64,000 nucleotides of DNA, from contig NC_045705.1 in the NCBI RefSeq assembly GCF_009834535.1, forward strand, positions 62,434,001 through 62,498,000, given 5' to 3'. Positions within the stretch are counted from its first letter, which is position 1. Every line of letters starts with the position of its first letter. The DNA comes from Camelus ferus. Lineage: Eukaryota. The translations under genes and the position numbers were made by a program. Under the pieces are notes generated by a model. That model searched no databases, was not told the origin of the DNA, and worked only from the letters and a program-made list of their open reading frames with translations. Of this stretch, positions 32,515-44,500 are shown in pieces.

Positions 32515-32655
32515 GCTCCACCAGGAACGCCAACCCAAGGCCTCTCCTCTGGGTATTTCTTTTGCTGTTGGCTGTTGCCCTGGTCCCAGAGGTCAGCATC
32601 TCGTGGCCCTGGGCCAGACCAAGTGCAGACGCTCCAGGAAGGCAACAGAGCATGA
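32515..32655 (+). pseudogene. ZP1: ZP1 pseudo-exon 12 (transmembrane helix)
   Basis: ggcag|gctccacc..RPLLWVFLLLLAVALVP..ggcaacagagcaTGA; AATAAA absent (aacaga in its place). Confidence 0.85.
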
Positions 32656-35600
32656 ACAGACTCAACAGACCCTTGTTTCAAGCCTGCAGAAAGCAGGTGT
32701 GCAAAAGCTCCTTGTGATGACTGGAACAGAATCATTCTGGGCTTAGAAACTTGCTCTGACTTAGAATCAGCCCTGCCTTTCAGAATTGTGGCCTCTATCA
32801 CAAATGGTGGCTAGAGTCCAATGTCTCCCAGGACTGAATTTGGGCAACTTTGCCTCTCTGCAAGGAAAGGCAGCACTTCAGCCAGAGAAAACAGGACAAG
32901 CAAAGGCAGAGGGAGGGCAAATCAGGGCAGAATTAAAGGGCAGCAGTAGCTGGGAGTCGGGAGCCTGGCTGATGGCCAGTGAGGGCTGGGGTCCCGCAGA
33001 CACAGGAGTCCTGACTGAGCATCCTCAAAGCATGCTGCTCGGCCGCCACCACGATGAGGGAGCCTAGAGTCCCCGGGGCCAAAAGAACTAAACTCGACTT
33101 GAAGGAGCTCCTCTCAGGCCTCCTCTGAGCCTCTTAGCCTCCCACAAAGGATGCTGACTGCTTGTCCCATCACCAGCCTCCCCTTCCCCCTCCCTTGGCC
33201 CCAGGACTGGTCCACACAGAGATGGTTGGCACAGGCTGAATGCAGCCTATTTGTCCTGAAGCTGCCTGATGCCACAGCGGGCATGGCTGCCAGACAGGTC
33301 AGTACCAGCGCTTGGTATTGTGCGGCTGACCGTCTGCCTGTGTATGACATGGGCCTTTGTCTCTGATTTGTCAGTCTGGAGAGGTCTTTGCTGCCATGTA
33401 GAAGCTTCTAGACTGGAAAGGGGAGGGCTGGGTACCTAACCCAACCCTATGGGATAGGTAGGGTTCAGCCTCAGGAGGACAGGGAGAAGAATCTGATGGG
33501 GAAGTGAAACTTGAGTTTGGATCCCTCTGGCCTTTGGTAGGGCCTGAGTTTAGAGAGCTGGCACAAACGGACCCCCAGTGCGTGAGTCAGGCCGTGACCT
33601 TGACGCCATGCAGGGGCTCCCCAGCTCTGGCCTACTCCATCTTTTCCCTCTTCAGGATACCGGTCAAATACAAGGTAGGCTGCTTGAGTTATAACCCTGG
33701 CTCTGCCTCCTACTCGCTGTGTGATACTGAGTTATTGAACTCTTCTGGGCCTCTGTTTCCTCATCTATAAAATGGGAATAATACCGATCCCCTTCGAGGA
33801 GTCGGATAAAATGTTAATAGAGAAGAATCCTCAGATAGTACATAACAGCCAGCATTTACTGAGTGCTGTTAACACTAGAATTTCTCCTCCTCCTGCCCCA
33901 AACCTAATACTTACCAAATGTTTTTGGTTTTTTGTTTTTCTTCCCCATGTGAGGACAAGTTTATAGCCCAAGATGAGGAGGGGCTGGGGGAAACGGCTAC
34001 CTCCAGCTTCTCCAGCAGAGCAGAGCACTCAGGCAGGAAGACCCAGACACCTGCTGTGGAAGTAAGTTAGGCAGCTCCCCTCCGCTGGGCCTGTTTTCCC
34101 ATCTGTGACTGGATGACCTGACCTGTCCAACTTCCTGGCTTCTGCAGGGGCCTCTGGGACGTGCTCTTCAGGGTTCGTGGGGAAGAAGTGAGGGTTCCTA
34201 GCATGGCGGTTGGTTGGAGGCACCTGGCTGACTTGCTTGGAGGATCCGGCTCCACCCAGCGCCAGCTCTTCCTTCCCCCGCTGCCTTCACCCCACCAGCT
34301 CATCATGGGCATTTTGAACAGCACGGGAGGCTGGTTCTGAGAATGGGGACCACACTCTGTTTAAACCAAACGTGATTCTATAGATATCAACTGAAGGTAG
34401 ACAGCCTGCATCATTGCCTATCAAGTTTAAGGGCTGTCTTCTCCTCCATATTATGGTTGAGCTATAGATCTGATCTCCTTTTGATGGAAACCAACTCTAT
34501 GGTTAAGGATAACAAGCACTGAATACAATTATGGAACCATGTAATTCTGTGTCTATCATTTTCTTGGAAGAAATTCTTAGCTACAGCTGTGGGGTTGAAA
34601 GCGACGCCCCTTCTGACTCTTGGGTTCTAGAACATGCAGGTGCCTGCTGCCCCACAGCCCTGGCCCCACAGATCAGTATCGCTCTGAATCTTTGCCTATC
34701 TGAGCATCAGGAGGTAAACAGCATCACCGATTTCACATGGACCTCTTTGCTTAGACACCAAGCAGCTATAGAGCCGCTTACGTCTTGTAAGTTGCCTCTT
34801 CCTATCTTTCATCTCCTCTCCCAATTGGTTTCCTTGTCTGTGAAGCTTTCACAGTTTGAGGTGGTGATATCCTCATCCTTCGTTTCCCATGGAGTTGGCC
34901 ACTGGTTTTTCTTCCTGCAGTTCTTCTGTCTTGCTGTTTGAAAGGACCATGTAACAATGAGTATCTTCCCCTTCATATCTTTATCTTTGAACATGGCAAA
35001 GACCTTCCCTACCCTATACAGTCATAAAAGTGTCCATTTACTTTTTTGTGATAATCCTATGTCAATGCAGGCGTTTCTCTTCCCAGTCATGTGTACACAT
35101 AGGCACGTGACTTTGACAGGTAACTTTGGCAGTTGACAAAAAGACTTCTGTCAACACTTCAGTGTCAAAGGGTTCTGTTTACAGAAATAAGCGAACAATG
35201 AGGATCATTGTAGTGCTAAGTTCCCTGTGCTTTCCCTGGAAGGAGGCAATCTAAGCTTGGACTTCCCTGGATATCAAAACTTAGTCCCAGTTTGCCCAAC
35301 TTAAAACATCTTCCCTCCACTAAAACCATCTCCTAGCATGAGAGGGCACCTCAGCCTTGAGAACAGTTGAGTCAGACCTGATGGGGATGATAAGAACCCA
35401 CGTTTGCTGACCTGCGGCAGGAAGCAGAGCTGTTCGGGGGATATCAGGTTTTCTCTCTTCCTGCTTTCTGGGGAGAGGACCAGGGGCTGTGGCTGCGGTG
35501 GCCTCTAGGTAGGACTCCAGGGAATCCCCTCCCTCCCCATCTCTCCCCGGGTTCCCTCATACTTACACTGAGATCGCAGTGCTTTGCCTTACATAAAAAG

Positions 35601-36559
35601 GGGAATACTTGACAGCCTGTTTCTTCCACTTATGGAAAATTCAACTCTGTAAAATGTGACTCTGTGCCCAGACATTTCAGTAAGCGTGTTTTATATAAAA
35701 GTACTACTCTGTTCCAGCAGTAGGAAGATCAGATACTCAGATCAACCTTCTTAAGTAAACAACGAAAATGTCGCATTATTTGTGTGTGTGCATGTGTTTG
35801 AAAAATATGTTTGTCATGACTGAGCTAATACTAAAAAAACAAAAAACAAACAAAAACAGCATATGCAGAGGCCAAAAATAAAGTAAAAGCAAAAACTCTG
35901 GGAAGTGAAACCAGCTTCTATTCTGGGGATTTCTGCAGAAATCTGGAGGTCTTGACATTCTGCTCTGATGAGTACTGGGGGCTGCAGATCAAGCTCAGAG
36001 CCCACCAAAGGTGGGGGAGTCTAGCCACTACCAAGTGCCTAAGGTGCTGATCAGTTACCAAGCTTGGACCCCAGCCCCTTAATTACATCAGAGGAGAGGC
36101 TGGTGCTTCTCCAACATGAATGCAATGCGGTGAGCCCTGCTGCTAGCTAGCCACGTCAGACAGCTACCACAGCACGCTTCAGACCCAAGATTCATGATCC
36201 TACCAGGGGAAGGAGCTGTGCAATCCCCCCACCACCACCCTGAACACAAACACGGAGCTGCCAGATTAGGGCTGGAAGCAAAGTTCTATTCTGCCAAATC
36301 GTACTGTTACTATGTCCCTTCCCTTGAGGACAAGGGAGCAGCTGTGCTTCCCAATCATGCAGCTTAAAGGCACCTCAGCCCGATGGAGGGGTTCCCTCCC
36401 CAAGAGTGTGCACTGCCCGAGGCTGCAGGACCCCCATCCCCGGTGAATGCTGTTCCAGCAACCTGCCGGAGGCTGTTTGGCCATTTGCCTTGTTAGCAAA
36501 ATAATGAAGAAACTACAGCCACATGCACTGATACAGGTAAATCTCAAGGACAATGTTGA

Positions 36560-36753
36560 TTTATGATAAAAAACTCTCCAGAAAGTGGGCATAGAGGAAA
36601 CATACCTCAACGTAACAAAGTCCACATATGACAAAAGAATCTGAAAAATATATATATATGTATGTATATGTGTAACTGAATTGCTTTGCTGTACACCTGA
36701 AACTAACACTGTAAATCGACTACACTTTAATAAAAAATAAGAATTTTTTTTAA
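36560..36753 (+). mobile_element. Short internally deleted L1 insertion with 14-bp TSD
   Basis: ORF2 piece atgataaaaaactctccagaaagtgggcatagaggaaacatacctcaac..tgacaaa joined to 3' UTR end aagaatctgaaaaa..aataaaaaa; TSD aaggacaatgttga 36546-36559 / aaggacaacgttga 36754-36767. Confidence 0.75.
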
Positions 36754-38635
36754 AAGGACAACGTTGAGAAATGAAGTCAAAGAAAGCAAGTTGAATGATT
36801 TCATTTATACAAAGTTCAAAAATAAGCAAAAAAGAAAAGGAAGTACAGTGGCGCGAAGGAAAGGAAGATGAATATATAAAAATGGCAAAATTATAAAAGC
36901 AAAGGAGTGATCAACCCCTATTTCACGGTAGCAATTCCCTCTGCAGGGGGACAGAGGGATGCATTCATAGACACACAGAGGACCCCGGTGCTGTCTTTCT
37001 TAAGCTAGGTGGTGGATGCCAGGGTGTTGATTATTCTTTAAACCGAAGAGGTATGTTTTAGACACTTTGGAATGAATGTTTCACAATAAAAACCACTTAA
37101 AATGTTGGCTCAAGATCTATTCCAAATTTTGAAAATCTGCAGGTGAGATCTTAGACTTCATGCTGCTGATGGAGACCCGCCACCTCCACACCTGCCTTAA
37201 CACAGTTCGCTGGACATTTCTCCCACATTCCTGCCCTGGCCTTTCAGTCTGCGCCCCATTCCTGACTTTTCCTTGACCCTGCTACCTCCTCCCCCTACCT
37301 TACCTCAGCAAGGCGGTGGGGCTGCCAGACCCTCTCCTTAGGACAGCCACTCCTCCTCTGTTCCTTACCCTGGGTCTACCTAGTGAATTTTTACTTCTCC
37401 AAAACGTGCCAATGTCACCTCTCCCCAGACTTACCTGACTTTCAAAATAACAATGCCCCATCCTGAGTTGGCGCCTTTATCAGAACTCGACAGCCCCGCG
37501 GCCGTATCACCTGTGTGCTCCCACCTCCCTGTCTAATGCTGCTCCACCTTGTGTCATCAGAGCCTGAAGTCATGTTAGATTTCTGAATGAAGGCCATGTC
37601 AGGCCAGACCTTTCTAACACAGATGTCGAGTGTCAAGGGTCCCCGGGACCCCTGGCAGTGTCACCGGATGCCAGTGCAGACAGAAGCAGGGCAAACAGCA
37701 GCCAGCCATGGAATGCCTCCCTCCCCTGTGCTCTCTGCTCGGATTACCTCACTTCCCCAACAGCCCCATGCAGTAGGCATCATTAATTTTTTCAGATGCA
37801 GAGACTGAGACACAAAGACATAAGGCAGAGAGTTGCAGCGCTGGGGTGCAAACCTGGGCTTCTGTCCCCAGAGCCCACACCTAACCACAGCATTCCACTC
37901 CTGGGAAAACTGCGGGTGTGTCATCAGCGGCCCCTCCTGTCTCAGCTGATGATGGGGTAGTCAGCTGTCTCTCAAGCCAGATGCCTTAAAATCCCAGCCC
38001 TACTATTTACAGGGTGGTCTTAAGCCAGCACCATCCCCCCGCCCCAGTTTGTTTCCAATCTGCGGAATGGGGAGAACAGCGCCCCCTGTGGTGCTGAGCT
38101 TGGTCTTGGTGCCGGTGTCACCCGGGAGACTAGTGTAACTACAGTGCCCACAGGTGGCCGCGCTGGTTAGTGCTCCACGGGCCGGCAACCTTCAACAGTG
38201 GAGGGATGTGGATGGGGACTGGGGGCTGGGTCCTCAGGCAAGAATGGGTCCAGGCATTGATAGTCAAAGGGCTCAAGTTCATGCAGGATGCAATAAACAT
38301 TAATTACCAAAATCCATGAGCCTAACGATATGGGCCCAGAAAAGGTGAGCCCTTTAGAATTTACCAAGACCTACTTGTGAAAGGTTCACCCACAAGACAG
38401 CTGAGCTGAAGCTGGAGAGATGTGGTGGGGGTGACAGCTCTCCATTCCATTCTGGCTGAAATAACGAAGTCTGTCATCTCCCTGGTTTTTGTGTTCTGAG
38501 CAAAGACAGAGCCTGGGCTTTGGTCTGAGCCCCAGCGTTGACTCTGCTCCTCAGCAGCGGTGAGACAAGTGGAAAGGGGACTGACAGCAATGAGTCCATG
38601 GTGCCGCTCTCGCGGAGATTAAAATCTAATTAATG

Positions 38636-38740
38636 GCAGGAGGGGAATGGCTCAGTGGTGGAGCACATGCTTAGCATGCATGATGTCCTGGGTTCAAGCC
38701 CCAGTACCACCATTAACAAAACAAACAAAAAAACTTTGCA
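38636..38740 (+). mobile_element. tRNA-Ala-derived camelid SINE
   Basis: aggggaatggctcagtggtggagcacatgcttagcatg...ggttcaagccccagtacc plus A-rich tail; decayed TSD aaaatctaattaa / aaaacctagttaa. Confidence 0.85.
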
Positions 38741-38943
38741 AAAACCTAGTTAAGAGAAATGCAGAAACAACTCCAAGGTAACATGGTAACCTGATCAGAG
38801 CTATGCTGGAGGCATGAACCCTGGGCCAAGTGAGGGAGCTCACCTGGCAGGGCGGGGATGGGCACTGGGGCTTCCTGAAGGGGCTAGCCTGTCTCTGAGA
38901 AGGAGACTCCAGGGAAAGTAAACAGTGTGGCAGTAGAAGTAAA

Positions 38944-38958
38944 AGTAGTAGTAGTAGT

Positions 38959-38996
<38 letters not shown>
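38944..38996 (+). repeat. Compound (TAG)n(CAG)12 microsatellite
   Basis: agtagtagtagtagtag followed by 12 perfect CAG (38961-38996). Confidence 0.97.
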
Positions 38997-38997
<1 letters not shown>

Positions 38998-40934
38998 TAA
39001 AATATAAATAGCATTCACTCCACGCGTCGCTGTCCTAAGCACTGCTCACACACTAACCCACGGAAGCCTTACAGCATCCTTCGTAAGGACACTATGCCCG
39101 TCTCATGGATGAAGACACTGTAACAGAAAGAAAGTTACAAGGCCCCACACGCCTAAGGGGTCAAAGCCCAGAGTCTGTCCCCAGAGCCCGAGTCTGCCTT
39201 CCACCCTGGATGGGAAAGAGGTATGAAGCCCCACAAAGGTGCGGGGAAGCTGTGGAGTTGCTGGACAGCTAAAAGCAAGGTTATTTCAAGTTTAAAATGA
39301 GAAAAAGTATGTACAGGGTCCAGCACACAGCCTGTGTGTTGCTGAGGGTGGACAGAGGGCAGGACAGAGGAAGCATTTCAGAGCCTTATGACCCACATCC
39401 CAATGCTTCCGGGACGTGGTATGGAATTGACTGGGGCTGGGGGAGGGACTACAGTCCCTCAGAGATTTATTCCAAGCCTTGCCCCTGAAAAAAGTACATG
39501 TGCATAGGCTCGCAAAGAGGGGAGCCACGGTGCCCTTCCCAACCCATGGGTCCTCCAAGAAGCTCTGTCCTCAACTTGTTTTTCTGGAAATGAAGGCAGA
39601 CCTTAAGAATGTGTATTAGTATCTAGCCAGAAATCATTAGGTAACCCTGGGGCCCAGCTCAGTCCCAGGAGGCCCTCCAAGCCCTGGGTCACCACCTTGA
39701 ATGACGCAGCTCCACCACCTGCAAACAGCGGGCAGCTCCACTGGCCCACCTTTCACTCAACAGTTTCTCTTGTCCTTCAGAAGTTGGTCCTGTTCAGAAC
39801 CACGTGATGGGTGTTTTCCTAAAAGGACAATCACACTTTTCAAATCAGAAAAATTACCCCAAACTGGTTGAGGATACATAAAATTAAGTCACACATTAAG
39901 CCATACCTTCAAATTGGTCCTACTTTGGTTGGCAGATGTGGGAAAACCTCGAAGTCTTCCATGCACTGCCATCGTCATCACTCCACTCTTGGAAAGGCAC
40001 CCATTAAGAACTCACCTAAGCTAGCGAGAGGCTGCATGCTCACAGGTGTTCATTGCAGTACTGTTTACAAAGAGCTAAAAACTTTGGTACGTTTTCCAAA
40101 AGGCGAGTTCCATGGGCGACGGGGCTTACAAAGGCTCTTCTAGTGAAATATTTATGAGGAAACTGGCTCAAAAAGTTCAATGGTTTCTGTGCTGCAGGAG
40201 TTGGACAAGGCTGTGCTAGCTAAGAGGCATTCTGGCCTTCCTAGGGAGACACGGTGTGCCCAAACTGACCTGACCACATGCACTGACATGGCAAAATACA
40301 CGTGGAGGCTGTTGGATCCGTGTGAACTGCTCTGCTTAGAACCTGGCCCCGCCCCACCAGGGAACACTCCATATCTTGGCCCCCTCCCTGGCACCGTTGC
40401 ACTCTAGCCATACTGGCCTCCTTCCCAGGCTCCACACATCTCCATCCTTGCAGCCTCAGAACCTTTCCTCCCTGTCTGCAACCTTCCTCCTCCCCTTTAG
40501 CTCCTCTCAGTCAGGCCTCAACTTTACTTGAAAAAGGCCTCTCTTGACCACCCAAAGAGGCCACACTGATCAGCCTACTTTCATTCCCTTATTAAATGGG
40601 GCATTCAAGATCTGATCTTTTAGCTACTATGTGCTGGCTGCCTCCCCCACCAGTTCTACTTCAAACCTTCAAACCCCAGGGTTATAGAAATCTTTGATTT
40701 AAGCCACATTGGGACAGGGTTTCTACCACCTCTGAGGGAAGAACTGAAGGATCCTTGAGAGCCAAAGGGCCGGCAGTTTCTCACTCTTCAGCACTTCCCT
40801 CACCCTTCCAGGCTCCTGTGGAAGCCAACCCCATAAGGCAAGTGAGAGTGACATGAGACCCTACAAAAGACACGGTCAAGGCCTGTAGGGACATGGGAGA
40901 TTCATTCTGGCAATGGCTTGTAGATTTCTTTTTG

Positions 40935-41066
40935 TTTATTTCTGCTGTGCAATCAAAAAAAGAAAAAAAAAGCGATGACGGGCATCCTAGTTGCCCAAGT
41001 CTCACTTTGTGCTCCCTCCCTGACTTTCCTTGTTACAGACACACACAGACGGTGGCTATGTTTATT
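40935..41066 (-). terminator. PRPF19 poly(A) signals: AATAAA at 41061-41066 and 40935-40940 (minus strand)
   Basis: TTTATT on + strand at both positions, about 430 and 560 nt past the stop. Confidence 0.7.
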
Positions 41067-41496
41067 GTTTTCTTTTTTTAATGAAACTAGATCACTGCTT
41101 ACAAAAACCTGCCTGAGCCCTGGGCCCAGCCCCTTCACAGTTCCCTTGGCTCAGCCTCTCCCTGACTCACAGGACCTGGAGCAAGGTGGGTGTGGCATGG
41201 CCACCAGCTCCAACTCCACGAACGCCAGGAGGGGAGAGGCCCTGGGCGCCGACTCTGAGCCCTCAGGGTGTGACAGTCCCACCTCCCATGTCCGTCCCCT
41301 TGGGGCCTGGGGGTGGCACAGATGAGGGCGGTCCATGCCACCGCAGCTCTCAGGCCACCACCGGACCAGAGTGAAATGATGTGAATGTCCCACCCCATAC
41401 ACCCCCCTCCCCCCGCAGTCTCTTCTCCCTCCCCCACCCCCCCCAACTCTACCCCACTACTGAGATGTGGCCCAGCTCCAGTTGGAGGGGCCGGGC

Positions 41497-41594
41497 CTAC
41501 AGGCTGTAGAACTTGAGGCTCCGGTCCATGCCCGTTGAAGCGATGAACTTGGCGTGGTGCCCAAAGGCCACCCCTGTGGTCAGGCCACTATGCT
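41497..41594 (-). CDS. PRPF19: PRPF19 exon 16 (to stop)
   Basis: [31 protein letters not shown]. Confidence 0.96.
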
Positions 41595-44500
41595 CTGTGG
41601 AGAGACAAGACGCAACAGTGAGAAGGCTTTTCTCCCTCGGGGTCTTGGCACCAACCCCAATGATCTGCTCCCAATCCATCCAATCCCTTGTCGGTGCCCC
41701 GCACCCCACAGGCTGCTGCAGCCTTGTCTCCGCCAACTGTGAACTCCCAAGGGCAGGGCTCCCATCTGAACTGCACAACCCTGACCCCCAAGGCCCAGCT
41801 CGGGACTGGCCCATGGAGGCCGAGTGGACAGATGAGCGCCAGCCTCCCTCACCCAAGATTTCAGGGCAGCTGCAAGTCTGCTCAGTTCAAGGACCAGAAC
41901 TGACTGGAAGCTGGCTTGGCAGTATTTAGTTCTAACTCCCTCCACGTAGCTGCAACAGTCCATTGTTCACCGAGTTCAAGTTCTCAGAGCTGTGACTCCA
42001 GGAAGCCTGGGCCCCCCACATATGATGGGGTGGAGTCAGGGCAGAGGAGGCTGGGCGGCCCTCTTCACAGGGCTTAGGGAGTTCATGGGCATAAGTCCCA
42101 TTTCTTCTAGGTTTAGGATCCCAGATGGAGACACTACAAAGCCGCCCTGTGCTTCCAGCCTGCCACGCCACCTAACTCTGCTCCAAATCAGAGCCCGGAG
42201 CCCGGGCAAGGGTTAAAACCCGTGGGTGGGCCACAGTCAGGCCTGGAACACACACGCTGAGCAGGGCTCAGGAGAATCCAGGCTGGGAGAAGACACCTGT
42301 GCCCTACTCGCACCCTGCTCACGAGGACAAGAATCTCATCAACAAGGACAAGAGCAACTGCCTTTCATTCAGTTCCCACGGGTGGAGCAGTCACCCCGTT
42401 ACCAGGCAGCTGGCACAACTGGCAAAGCAAATACTTTAAATCAATCTTTAAAGCTGAAGAAGCGCAGCTTTGAAAGGGTAAGTCCGGTGCCTGAGGCCAC
42501 CATGACCACTAGGCGGCTGCCAACCCTGTTGGCCACGGTCTCAGCGTTTTATGCTTTTCTTCTCCAGGACTTACCACTGTAGCTAAGTAATTGTCTGTGA
42601 GGTCCTTCTACATCTGCCTTCCCAACCGGACCAGAAATTCCACTAGTGCAAACACTGGGTCTGTCTCAGCTACTCTCTGCTCCCCCAGGGACGAGCCACA
42701 GCACTCACTGATGATGGCGCATCCCTCCTTGGGCCAGACACCGTTCCAAACATACACTCACACATGTGTGCATGCTGCTATCTTATGCGTGTATCTTTAT
42801 ACATTACATACATTCGTAGTTTACTTGTTTACATATTTATATAAACTCATCTAAAAATATTTATATGTGCACATATGTATAAAAGAACTCATCTAAACCT
42901 CACAACAACCCCACCGGGTATACAGAGTTCTCCCCTGGCATCTGAGCGGTACTGGTTCTAGGAACCCCTGCAGATACCAAAATCCACGAATGCTCAAGTC
43001 CTTTATATAAAATAATGGCATACTCGCATGTAACTTACACACATTCTCCCATACACTTTAAGTTACCCCTAGATAACTTACAAAATCTTACAGAATGTAA
43101 ATTCTATGTAGAGTTGTAAATACAATGTAAACGTTATATAAATAGTTGCCAGTGTGCGGCCAATTCATGGTTTGCTTTTCTGGATTTTTTTCTCCCCCAG
43201 ATATTTTTGATCCACAGTTGGTTGAGTCTGTTGGGGACCGACTGTACTATCATCATTCTCCAGAGAGTTAAGTAACTTGCCCAGTGTCATAGAGCTTCAA
43301 GTGGTAAAGCTTATATTCAAAGTCAGGCAGTCAGATCCTTGACTTCACCCTGAGTTCATCTTCTTAGCCACTAAACTCTGCCACCTCAGGTAGTGATTAA
43401 AAGCTGCAAATTTGCACCTACCCCTAGAAATTCCTAACCCAGTGAGATTCTCCCACTTTCCTCTGGGCCAGGGCACCTGGAGACCTCAGGATCCCAGGGC
43501 CAGCCTCTACCTGTAAAGTGAAGAATCTCCGTCCACTGTTTGCAGATGTAGATCTGGACGTCTGTGCCCCCAAGGGCCAGGTAAGTACCACTCTGGTCAA
43601 AGATCAGTGACTTCACCTGCCAGAGTCAGGAGAGGGCACATGAGAGCAGAGACTAGGGGTGCTGGGCAGTTTAGAGTAATTCCATGAATAGACAAATGAG
43701 GAGGAGAGGCAATCGAGAGAGATGGGGGGAGGGAGGGGCGCACCTCAAAGTTGTTATCCAGCTGCAATGTCTTAAAGTTCTTAAGTTTGCGCAGATCCCA
43801 GAGCTTGACAGAGGAGTCATCGGCCGCTGTAGCCAGGTAGTAGCCATTCTCGGAGAAGGCAATGCTGGTGATGGGGCCCGAGTGGCCAGGGAAGTTGGCC
43901 ACATTGGTGCGCTCCTACAGTGGGGGGCGGGGAGTCAAATGTCACCCACTGGTCATGAGGAAGGACAACCAGCAGGAATAGCAGGGATGGACAGCCCAGC
44001 CCGGGGCCCCCAGAACACACCTATCACCATGTCACACACACATGGCCACCGTCTCTTCACTCTTGGGATACCCCGGGGCCCGGTGCCACAAGCACTTAGC
44101 CACATGGCAGTCACAAGAGTGCCCGCTCTGGGTCACAGATGGAGGCTGCCAAGTCCTACCTTCAAGTCCCAGATCTTGATCTGAGAGTCCATAGTTCCTG
44201 TTCCGAAAATGAGTCCGTCGGGGTGGAACTGCGCACAGGTGAGAGCTGTGGAGTAGAGGGGTGGACACGTGGTCAGAGCCCACAGGGGAAGACTGAGCTC
44301 AGCCAAGGCAGGCTCCTTCTCCTCGCACTGCTCACCGTGCCCAGCACAGGGCCTGGCTCTCAGCAGGTGCTGGCAGCAAGTGCATTTTTAGAAGAACAAA
44401 TGAGCCAACGACTAAATAAAACATAAAAATTAACGATATGCGGCAAATGAAGAGCCCAGTGCCTGGGAGGCAACTTACAGCAGCCAGAGGTCTCATCGGT

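Larger units (their letters stand above)
28799..32655 (+). pseudogene. ZP1: Zona pellucida glycoprotein 1 unitary (unprocessed) pseudogene; exons 4(3' end)-12 recognisable, with stops, frameshifts and deletions
   Basis: Syntenic position between PTGDR2 and PRPF19. Exon remnants [108 protein letters not shown] occur in order, mostly with AG/GT boundaries. Confidence 0.93.
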
